Part shown: piece by piece, positions 41,209 through 53,313 of the stretch | Numbering within the stretch: the first letter of the stretch is position 1 | Layout of the letters: each line of letters starts with the position of its first letter | Origin: Octopus bimaculoides | Lineage: Eukaryota | Assembly (NCBI RefSeq): GCF_001194135.2 | Contig: NC_068989.1 | Span: 48,556,041-48,620,040, forward strand | DNA length: 64,000 nucleotides | Direction of reading: 5' to 3' | The notes under the pieces: model-generated | Seen by the model: the letters and a program-made list of their open reading frames with translations, nothing else | Database searches by the model: none | Told to the model about the DNA's origin: nothing | Made by a program: the position numbers and the translations under genes

Positions 41209-42085
41209 GAGATAGGCATGCATTCTGTATATGTGTGTGCATGTATGTTTTGTGCCTCCTTGTCTTGACATAATGTGATAGTTGTAAAACAGTGTTACCA
41301 TTACATAAGCATTCATTTCCAATCTTCTGTGGAAACATATTTGGTCACAGGAAAATATCTTGCTTGCAAATGGTAAGCAGTTGTCAACAGAAAGAGAATT
41401 TGGCTCTAGAAAAATCTGCCCATTTGAATTATGTCTACTCCATGCAAGCATAAGAAAATGGATGTTAAAAAAAATAAAGAGAAAAAAATGAAGCAGCAAC
41501 AGTAACAGTAGTAGCAGCAGTAGTAATGTAAAATTAATTAATGATTCATTGGTTTGCAATACTGATTTTACTTCTACTCATAGGAGAAATTAACTGCAAT
41601 AAACAGCCAACCTATCTATGAGAAGATTTGTCTCATCTTATTAACATTCCCAGAAACCACAAATGAATGCTATTCTACTGATTTCTACAAGTTTACAAAA
41701 AGTAATAATAAAAGACAATGCTACTCATTACTTTATAGAGACCAGAGGGTAAAATGTTGACTTGTGTCAAATGGGAGTAAGAGATATAGTTGTAAACCTA
41801 TAAAACTTTTCACAGAAAACTTTTATGGCAGTTAAATCAAATCATGGGGCTGGACATTATCCTTGAAGAAGTTAAAAACAAGGTAAGGGCACATGACAGC
41901 ATTTGTGCAAGCACTCTCTCTCTCTCTCTCTCAGCAATTTGAAGGCCCCAAATTTCTTATGTCTGCAGGATTACACTGAAGAAATTCTGATTTTGTTTCT
42001 ATTGATTTTGAATAGTTGAGATTTCCTTCATGTAAAGTTGATATTTAGAAATCCACACACATGCCAATCTTTGAGAGAGAAAGAA

Positions 42086-42163
<78 letters not shown>

Positions 42164-42327
42164 TGAGTGTGTGTGTATGTGTGCATGCATGTGTGTGTTT
42201 AATTTTACGTTAGCAAATTATGCATGTGTGTGCTGTGCAAGCATAAAAGCTTAGTTCCCTTTAGCATTTCCCTGTTTAATCATTGTATTCAATAGCAGCA
42301 ACATGTTTCAACATTACACTTTCCTTA

Positions 42328-42369
<42 letters not shown>

Positions 42370-42936
42370 CATGCACACACACACACTCTCCCCATCCTAT
42401 CACCATCTGTCTTGCATCACCACTTCTCCTGCTGCTCCACTCCACCGTTCTTCCTTATCCCTTCTCTGCAAACATAATCTACTGAGATGGAAGCAGGACA
42501 GAAGAGCTGAATGGACAGAAAAAGGAAAAAAAATAACCAAACCAAAACAAAACAAAACAAAAACACCTACTTACATCACTAACATAAGCTAACAATATAA
42601 AACAAAACAAGCAAAAACACTAAAACAATAAACAATACAAACAAAAGAACAGAGCCACAATGGTTTAAACCAATTGAAGAACTAAACTACACCACTACCA
42701 CCACCACTACTTTTACTACAAGTAAAACACCAATAATAACAGCAATACAAAGACATAGAAATGGATTCTAGGAGTTAAATAAAGCAACCTGTGGCATTAG
42801 ATACCTTTTTATTAATAAATATTTTATCTGGAACAATCTCAGTTTCCTTTTGCTGTGTGTGTATATATGCATATAGGAATTTGAGCAAACATGAGTATTT
42901 ATATATGTTTGTATAAATATATGTGTGCATGCATAT

Positions 42937-42974
<38 letters not shown>

Positions 42975-45317
42975 CTATTAACTATTAACATATGTACATA
43001 TCTATCTGTGTGTGTATTTGTGTGTAGTTGATTTACAAAACTGTAGAAACAGATATTCCAATTCAATCATAAATGCAAAAACAAAAAAATAAATAAAATT
43101 TAAAAAATGTATTAAATAATAAATACAATAGAAATAATGTAAGGAAACAGAAAAAAATATAAAAAGGTAATGATACCACCAGCACCACCACCACCACCAA
43201 CAACAACACTATAAACAAATCAGAGATATAGAGAGGTGGTATGAATGCTAGATGAATGAAGAAATATAACACACATACACAGACAGCTAGAAACACAAAT
43301 ACACATAGATAAACACATAAACAAAGATACACAGACAAATAGATGGTAACATAAATGCAAAGAGACATAGAAACATATCTTTATAGACATGCATACAGAC
43401 ATAAACACACACACACTCAGATATACAAACAGACATTCACATAGACATACACAGACAAAACATGTAAACAGACATATAGATACACACACACAGCAATCAA
43501 TACCTTCTGTTTGTGAAGGTGAATTCATGAAGCGCGAAACATGAAAACTTAATGAAGTTGTATTTATCAGATCTGTTACACACAGGGAAACACATACAAT
43601 AGAAATACACATATTCACGGAAGCACACACACACATATACATATATATAGAGAGAGGGAGATAGAAATACGCAGAGAAACACATACATACACATTACTGA
43701 ATCTAATATAGTGGAGTGAAATAAGACAGGGGCAACAGAAAGGGTGGGTACATGGAAGGATAAAAAGAGACCAATTATGACTTAGTCGAAACTATTATTA
43801 CTATTGATACTAATAAAACAAAAAACAGTCACTATTGATATTGGTTTTACATTTTGTGGTGCTGGTGCTACATAAAAAGCACCCAGAACACTCTGTGGAG
43901 TGGTTGGCATCCAGCTGAAGAAACCAAGCCAAAACAAACTATGGAACCTGGTGTGGCCCTTGAACTTAACAGTTCCTGTGAAGCCATCCAACCCATGCCA
44001 GTATGGAAAACGGACATATGATAATGATGATGATAATTTTGGTTGAAGGTCAGCAATTTCAGAGATGGGGTAAGTCAAATACTTCAACCCCAGTGTCCAG
44101 CTGTTATTTATTTAATGAACCCCGAAAGGATGAAAGGTAAAGATGACCTCGGCAGAATTTGAACTCAGAATGTAAAGATGGATGAAATGCCGCTAAGCAT
44201 TCTGCCCAGCATGTTAACAATTCTGCCAGCATGCCACCTTTTAAATAAGTGCTAGTCAAGCAATGGGGTTAATGTAATCAACTAGACCCTGCTCTCATGA
44301 AAATTCCAGGCCTTGTGCCTATAGTACAAATGATTATTTAGTTACAACACTTTATAAGCTGATTTAAAATCCTTTGCATGTCGACCATGTCCTTCATCCT
44401 TTAAGGAGGTCATTACAAATAAAGTACAGGTCAAGTAGTGGGATCTGTATATTTAACTATAGTCCCTACTAATTAATTTGAGATTGTGAGCTTGTGTTAG
44501 AAATCATTATTGCCATTGCTACCTCTTCACAACTAATATGAAAATCATAACTACTTTTACAACTGCTGTTGAATGTAACTACTATATCTGCTACTACAAC
44601 AACCTTACCACTGGAAATACCATTACCACCATACCATGTTAACCACAAGCACTCTGCTTGTAGCAACATGATTAGCACCAGCACTACATCCAAACATCAA
44701 CATTGCACCATCACCAATGTTGGTTTCAAATTTTGGTACAAGGCCAGCAGTTTTGGGGAAGGGCCAGGTCAATCAAATTGACCCCAGTGCTCAACTGGTA
44801 CTCATTTTATCAACTCCGAAAGGATGAAAGGCAAAGTTGACCTTGATGGAATTTGAACTCAGACTGTTGAGACAGACGAAATGCCACTAAGAGTCTTGCT
44901 CGGCATACTAATGATTCTGCTGAATTGCCGCCTTACATCACCAATATTACCAACTCACCCCCATCATAACAATACCAGACACTTCAACTCTTCTATTACA
45001 TCACAACATACCACCACCACCACCACCACTGCCGCTGCAACCACTCCCATCATCATCACTGTCATCACCACTGCCACTTGCTGTTGCTGCATAGTTTTAA
45101 GCATAGTTAGTTATTAGCTGACTGGAAGACATAATGAACATCTCCAACACAATATTTCAACAAATATTGGCGAAACTAATAAACAAACAAGCAAACAGAG
45201 AAACAAACAAAACAGACTAAAATACAGCAATTGTTTTCCAGTATGATTGTGAAAGAACAGAGGGAGATAATACAGAAACTATAGTACATACACACACTTC
45301 GTAGTAACCAGACTAGT

Positions 45318-45360
<43 letters not shown>

Positions 45361-48300
45361 GTGTTCAAACATACATACACAAAAGAAAGCATGATGGGTA
45401 ACATGCTGGTATGACAAAATAATTGCCAGTTTCGAAAGTTAGCTGTTCTATATCCACCAATTTCTCTTCATTAGTGGAAGGAAATTGTAAATGTTAAGCG
45501 TGTGTGTGTGTGTGTGTGTGTGTGAATGTGTGTGTGTGTGTGTGTGGAATGTGTGGCAGGGTTAACTAGGTATAATGATGTACTACAATGGATCAGGTTG
45601 ATATACACTGCAGAGGATGTGTAACAGCTGGAAACAAACGAGGCACGCATGCTTTACTAGATGTGTCAAAATTCAAGAATGACATAGCATGAATAAGGTG
45701 AGAGTAGAGCCAAGTAGAGGAAGAATCAGATGTAATGTGCATGAAAGAAAACTGAGCTGGTATGAATACATGTGTATGGAGGATGACAGTTGGGTAAGAA
45801 AGTGCCAAGTGATTGAATTGAATGGAATTTGAGGAAGGAGAAGACCAAGAAAGGCACAATAAGTAAGTGGTGAAAGGTTGATTTCAGGAAGTTAGATGCC
45901 ACAGAGAAGATGACAAAGAACTGCAACAAGTAGCAAGCTGCTGTGCTGGAAAAAAATCTGTCTTGTCTTCTTTCCTGCTCACTAATAATATTTGATCCTT
46001 CTAACTAATGCTGTTCATCACAGGTCTCTGCCTGATCAGTGTTGACAAAGAGCTAAACAACAATGACAATGTAGCCTGGAGTTGAATCATGTCCTGTCGG
46101 CCCATCTAATAGGAAAAGGAGTAATATTTTTCTGCAAGTGATTTGTCAGGAGATCACTTCCAAAAGTTACTTCTGATAGATAAGAATTCTATCCTTGGGT
46201 GAGACTTGTCTCTTTAAACATCACACGGTTGGTCACCTACATGGATGACTTGCTATATCAGAACTAAAAGTTTTCTCTTATGAGATTTGTGAAAAGGAAA
46301 GTAAGTCAAATAATATATTTATACTAATTTGATATGACATGAAAAGGAGAAATTCTGATAAACTAAAACACAAAAGAAAAAATAAATTTTTTGGTTGTTT
46401 ACTGAAATACAAAATACTATCAACCAGTTCTGAGAATATACCCTAATCATTTACTTTCTTTCAAAACACACAAACAATTTTGATATAATTTATGTAGAAC
46501 AAACAATTTATCTAGTGCATGTGTGTGAGTATGCACATACATACACATACCGGTATGTTTCTTTTATTGATTTGACAGTCATATTTTTGGTGTGTTTTTA
46601 TAGCTGAGGACTCTTCTTACCACAATCGTTTAACAGTATTGCTTGAGAGCATTATAATTTGTCATCCATACCTGTGTGACAAGATTGAAATATCTCCTCT
46701 ATACTGTATCAGTTTATATTCACAGCTTTGATAGATAGATTGCATTTGCTGTGGCTTGTGGAATCCATATTGTGTCTATGTACAGGTTTATTCTGAGTTA
46801 CTTACTGGTATTCTAGCTGGAACTCAAGAGGCATCAAACTGATGGGGACTAAGTTATATAAGTAACAATAAGAGATACAACATTATCAAGAAGTTAAACC
46901 AAATTATGACATTTTGAAAGTGTTTGATACATACATTTTAGGTCTCGTGTAACGTATAATAGAAAACACATCCCCTTTATGCAAGAACTTCTTCAGTTAA
47001 TACATTTCAAAATATCATCAAAATATATTTAGAAATGTATTAACTGAAGAATGTCTTGCCTACGGGAATCTATTTCCTGTTATATATTACAACAGATCTG
47101 AAACATATATTAAATGCTTTCAAAATATAATTTGGGTTGACTTCATTATTTTATATATATATATAAATATATATATATACATACACACACATATAGGAAC
47201 AGGCATGGCTGTATAGTAAGAAGTTTGCTTCTCAACCATATGGTTCTGGGTTCAGTCCCACAGTATGGCACCTTGGGTAAGTGTCATCTACCATAGCCTC
47301 AGGCTGGTCAAAGCCTTTGGTAGATGAAAACCCCAAAGAAACCCGTCATATATATATATATATACACGCACACATATTTGTTTATATATATTTATGTATA
47401 TCTATGTGTGTGTCTTTCTGTCTGTGTTCGTCCACCACCACCATCTGACAACCAGTGTTGGTGTGTTTGCATCTCTGTAACTTAGAGGTTTGGCAAAAGA
47501 AACCGATAGAATAAGTACCATGCCTAAAAAATAAGTATTTGGGTCGATTCATTCGACTAAAAATTCAAGGCAGTGCCCCAGCATGGCTGCAGTCTAATGA
47601 CTGAAACAAGTAAAAGATAAAAGATATATGAGGACAAACTTACAAATGTTAGTAAGAGAAATATTTGTGTAGGAATAAAAGCTAAAAAGTCAGCACACCT
47701 AACAATCAACGTCCATCCAACAATCACTATTAGTTAATTACTAAGTACCAAATAAACAACGAACAAGCTCATGCACACATGCAACCTATACACACTCACA
47801 TACATAATACATATGTAGACACCAACCAGTAAGTACAGAAGCACTTAAAGCACAGCCGTCTCATTTGAAATGATGCACATGTCCATATATGTAACTCAAA
47901 CACTACAAAATATAAATACTGAAGCAAAGACAGGAGAACCAGTTTGTAAAACTAACCGAAGGTACTATTAGTATGGGCGGAGGGAGCAGACAAGGCTGTG
48001 ATATGAATGTGGTCACAAGCTGTGATGAAAGGATTCTAACAAGCCAACTGATTGATTGGGCAAGCAGTTAATTAGTTAATTATTTAATTAGCTAAAAAAG
48101 TATCTGTGCCAGTGTCACGTACAATGCCCGTGACATGTAGTGAAACACCAGTGTTGGTGACATGTAGAAAAAACAGCTGTGTTAGTGACATGTAGAAAAT
48201 CACCTGTGCCAGTGCAACGAAGAAAAGCTCTCATACCAGTACCACGTATAAAGCACCCATGCTGGTGCCACATAAAAAAAAGCACTCTGTACACTGTAAA

Positions 48301-50266
48301 GAGGTTGGTGTTAGAAAGGGCATCCAGCCATAGAAACCATGCCAAAACAGACAATTGCAGCCTAGGCAGCTCTCTGGCTGGCCAGCTCCTGTCAAACTGT
48401 CCAACCCATGTCATGGGTTGATGATGATGAGCATGATAGCTAATTAGTAACAATTATTTCTAATGTAGACACAAGACCAACAGTTTTGAAATTTAGAGGT
48501 AAGTCTATACCACCAACCCTAGTACTTGACTGGTATTTCATTTTATTAATTCTGAAAGGATGAAAGACAAAGTTGACCTTGATAAGATTTGAATTCAGAA
48601 TGTAACAAGCCAGAAAAAAATACCACAAGACATTTCTCTTTCAACAATTTATTCTGTCAATTCACTGTTCGTAGTTAATCAATGATAATCCTTTCTACAA
48701 TAGGCACAAGGCCTGAAATATCGGGCATGTGGGCTAATCAATCACATTGACCCCAGTGCTCAACTGGTACCTATTTCATTGACTCCAAAAGAATGGAAGG
48801 AATGTGAACTCAGAACATAAAGATGGATGAACAATTAACTGATAATAATAAAAGTACAATCTGTGTGTGCGTGTTCTTATTGGTAAAATGACCCACCTAA
48901 AGTACAACATCTAGTTTTGGTAGATGATTTCAAATCAAGGATCTTGCAAAACAAATACCAAAACTGAATAAATGAATAAAAATAGCTTTACTTAGAAAGA
49001 AAGAAATAAAATTCTCCTTCAATCTGAGAAATGACCAGACTCTATATCCCAAAAAAGAAATAGGTTGGAATGCCTCACAGCATATTCAATATAAACTATG
49101 ACTACAGAAGAGATGCAATTGGACCGTAAGGAGGCTGACAGAGAAGAACTTTGTAGCAAAAGCACTTGAATAATTAGCCAAAAGGATAATATAAAACAAT
49201 TTTACTCAGAGAGTGCACTACAAACATTTGCTATCTTCTATTACCCAGGTGGTCAAATGAACAATTGAGAAGGGTGTTCTGAAAGCATAGTAATCAAAGA
49301 ACAGAGTTGTGAAAGTTCAAGGAGCTATCATTTTTGCTACTGGTAACAAAGTGATTCTCTCTTCAAGAGAAAGGTAAATTCTTTGATTTTTACATACAAA
49401 GTGTGATGCTGCAGGTTACTGAAACATAGGTATTTGATTAGAGAGGCTGTTTAACCCTTTAGCATTCTGATTACTCTGCCAAATATAATGCTTATTCATT
49501 CACATTGTTTTGAATTAATCATGCATTATCTTATAGCTTCAAGATCTCAATGGTGAGTTGTATATTTTTAGAATGACATTGGAGGGTAGGTGTGAGGATG
49601 GATCTGGTCAGGTAGAACACTTGAACCCAGATACAGCTGGATTAAATACTAAAAGATTAAAGGTTAGAAATAAATGAGGTGTGCATGCTCTTGAATGAAA
49701 GAGTACCAATGAGTTGAGAGAAAAACTGGACATAAGAGGAATCAAATGTTACATGCAAGAGAGAAGACTACACTAGAACAGGAATGTGACTACACGGAGG
49801 ATGATAGTTTAGTTAAGGAATGATAAGTAATCAAAATGGATGGAACCTGTAGAAGAGAAAGACAAGGGGAAATGTGGGGAGAAGTGGTGAAAGTTCAATT
49901 CAGGGGCAGAGCCATCTTAGCAGCATTATAGGTCTCTGGGCAAACCAATGAACTGGGCCCATAAAGTATCTATTCATTGACAACAAGTGACCTACAAACT
50001 TAAATTACCATTGGACCCCTAAACCCATAAGGCCCCTAGGCAACTGCCCAATGTACTCATGCCTTAAGATGATACTGTTCAAGAGGTTGACCCACATGAA
50101 AGAAATTACATATGATCACAAAAAGCAAGGATAGCTCTATACTAGAGAAAACTCATCCAAACCAAGAAAGTAGAGAAAAATGAATGTAATATAATGACAA
50201 TGAGTTATACATATACATATCTGTAGATAAACACATTCACAGTGGAGGATGATGCAGAGGTACATG

Positions 50267-50310
<44 letters not shown>

Positions 50311-53192
50311 GAGAGAGAGAGAATGAATGAATGAATGAATGCTGAGTTCATTGTGTAATTAAACAAAGATTTCAAGCCAACTTATATTTATCTTTCCCAT
50401 AATTACCAAGAATTCATTCGTTACTAACCACCATTTCCAATCTTTCTACAGTTTATCTTCATTTCCTACTCTGCGATTATTTAAGTCTTCAGTGTTCAAC
50501 TAATTAAGCATTATCAGCAATTTGGCATTAATGTATGTTTGGTTAAAATCAAGGTCAACTGAAGAGCTATTAAGTGAGTGTGTTGGATAGCAATAGCAAA
50601 AAAGAGATTTTCACTGTTGCTTTTTCACTGTCTTTGTTTTTCTCTTCATTTCTCATGGTTCCTGCTCCTCTGCTGCTACCTCTACTTTCTTCCTATTTTA
50701 TTCAATTCTATCTTTTAATCATTATCCCTATGACCATGACCACTCCTCCTCCTCCTCCTCCTCCTCGGCCACAACCATTACTACCACTGCCATGTCCCCA
50801 TCATTTCTTCATAGTCTTCCTCCTCTTGTGGTAACTTCAATACCATCACCTTATTATTGGCAGAATTGTAGAGTGGTAGAAAAAAAATTTATGTTGCAGA
50901 ATTTAATTCTATTTCCTTCGAGTTTCCAAGTTCAAATCAAAGTGAAGCCAATTTTGCTTGTCATCTTTCCAGAAGTTGATAACATAAAGTACAGTCAAAT
51001 ACTGAGGTTGATTTACTAAACTGCTACATCCCTCAGAATTTGTTCCATTGGAATTGAGCCAAAGTTCCAAATTGTTATTATTTCTTCCCTGTCCTCCTGT
51101 CAGTACTCTTTACAATTCATCTACCTCCTATGTCCCTACTCTTTCTCTTGTTCCCTTTTCAACTTTATAAAAACTTGTTATAAACCCAACAAGGATTTGA
51201 TTTCCAAAACTCAGGAAGACATGAGATGAAGTGGTGAGAAAAGACCTTCAGACTTTGGGTCTCAAAAACATGACAAAGGACTGAGACTTCTGGTGGTTTG
51301 CTGTGCTTGAGAAGACATGTCAAGCTTAGTAAAATCCTGGCTGTCCATATATACAGGTATGTCCTCTACATACCACTCTCATCTTTCTAGTTCTGTAGGC
51401 TTGTGGGTACTGGTGCCATATAAAAGCATCCATGCCAACATCATGTTAAAAGTACTCAGTACACTCTGTAGAGTGGTTGGCATTATGACAGGCATTCAGC
51501 CATAGAAACCATGGCAAAACAGACAAAATGGAGCCTGGGCAGCTCACCTGGTCAGCTCCTGTCAAACCACCCAACTTATGCTAGCACAGAGAATGGACGT
51601 TAAAGGATAATGAAATGATGACGACAATGATAAGAAAGCTATGACATGTTTGAGCTGCTACATAGACTTTCACATGACACACTTTAAAGATAAACAATTT
51701 ACCCTTGAAAAATTAGACAGCTTTGTCCTCCACTAGATGGAAACATGTCGTAGCTTTCTTATCATTCTGGACTGCACTTGGTCATTTGATTCGCTATCTA
51801 TATGCCATAAATTTTCTTGATTTGAGCCCTACTTAGCTCAAATCAAGTGTATTAAAGACTATTAATTAAGAATCCACTGAGAGAGCCTCTACATAGTTTT
51901 CTGGCCTGCTAGAAATAGCAGGAGGTCTGGAGTCTCTGCTGTCTTAGAAGGTAAAAAACACATTAGATAACATAGTACTCAATGCAATAAACCTGAAAAA
52001 AGACAATAGTCATGATTAGAACGCACTTGATCATATGCTCACTTGGCCAAAAATAGTTACAAGTGGAAATCAATGGACAGGTTTATTTTGTTCTGCTCTA
52101 CATTGCTTTCTGTGGAGGCGCAATGGCCCAGTGGTTAGGGCAGCGGACTCGCGGTCATAGGATCGCAGTTTCGATTCCCAGACCGGGCGTTGTGAGTGTT
52201 TATTGAGTGAAAACACCTAAAGCTCCGGCAGGGGATGGTGGCGAACCCTGCTGTACTCTTCCACCACAACTTTCTCTCACTCTTTCTTCCTGTTTCTGTT
52301 GTGCCTGTAATTCAAAGGGTCAGCCTTGTCACACTGTGTCACGCTGAATATCCCCGAGAATATGTCTATGAAGTGCTCAGCCACTTGCACGTTAACTTCA
52401 CGAGCAGGCTTTTCCGTTGATCGAATCAACTGGAACCCTCGATGTCGTAAGCGACGGAGTTCCAACAACAACATTGCTTTCTATTTCTACATTCATCTAG
52501 CATGAGAGAATGTATATGAAACCAACTTACAAAAAGGCCATTACCCTTAGGTTTTCTAGATATAAGATCAGCAATTTTGGGAGAAGTAGCTGAGGGGAGT
52601 ATTCCATGCCAGTACTTGACTGATGCTTTATCAACCCCAAAAGGATGAATGATAAAGTTAACCTCGGCAGGATTTGAACTCAGAATGTAAAGAGCTGGAA
52701 GAAGTGCTACAAAGCATTTTGCCCAACGAGCTTATGATTCCACCAGCTAGCTGCCTTCTTAACAATTTTAAATTCTGGTACAAGACCAGCAAATTTAATG
52801 AGAGAGTGTAAGTCAATTATACTGATCCCATTACTCAATTGTTATTTCTTTCATCAACTCAGAAAGGATAAAAGGCAAAGCTGAATGCAGCAGAATTTGA
52901 ACTCAGAACATAAAGAACAAAAAGAAAAGCTGTGAAGTATTTTATTCAATGCACTAATGATTCTGCCAGCTTACTGCTAGTGGTTTCACATTTTGGCACA
53001 AGGCCAGCAATTTAGGGGGAGGGGACAAGTTGATTACATCAAACTCAATATTCAACTGTACTTATCTTGTTGACACCAAAAGGGTGAAAGGCAAAGTCAA
53101 ATCCGTTGGAATTTGAACTCGGAACGTAAAGATGGGTGAAATACCATTAAGCATTTTGCCTGGCATGCTAACAATATTGCTGGCTGACTGTC

Positions 53193-53234
<42 letters not shown>

Positions 53235-53238
53235 TTAC

Positions 53239-53270
<32 letters not shown>

Positions 53271-53275
53271 TTAAT

Positions 53276-53313
<38 letters not shown>

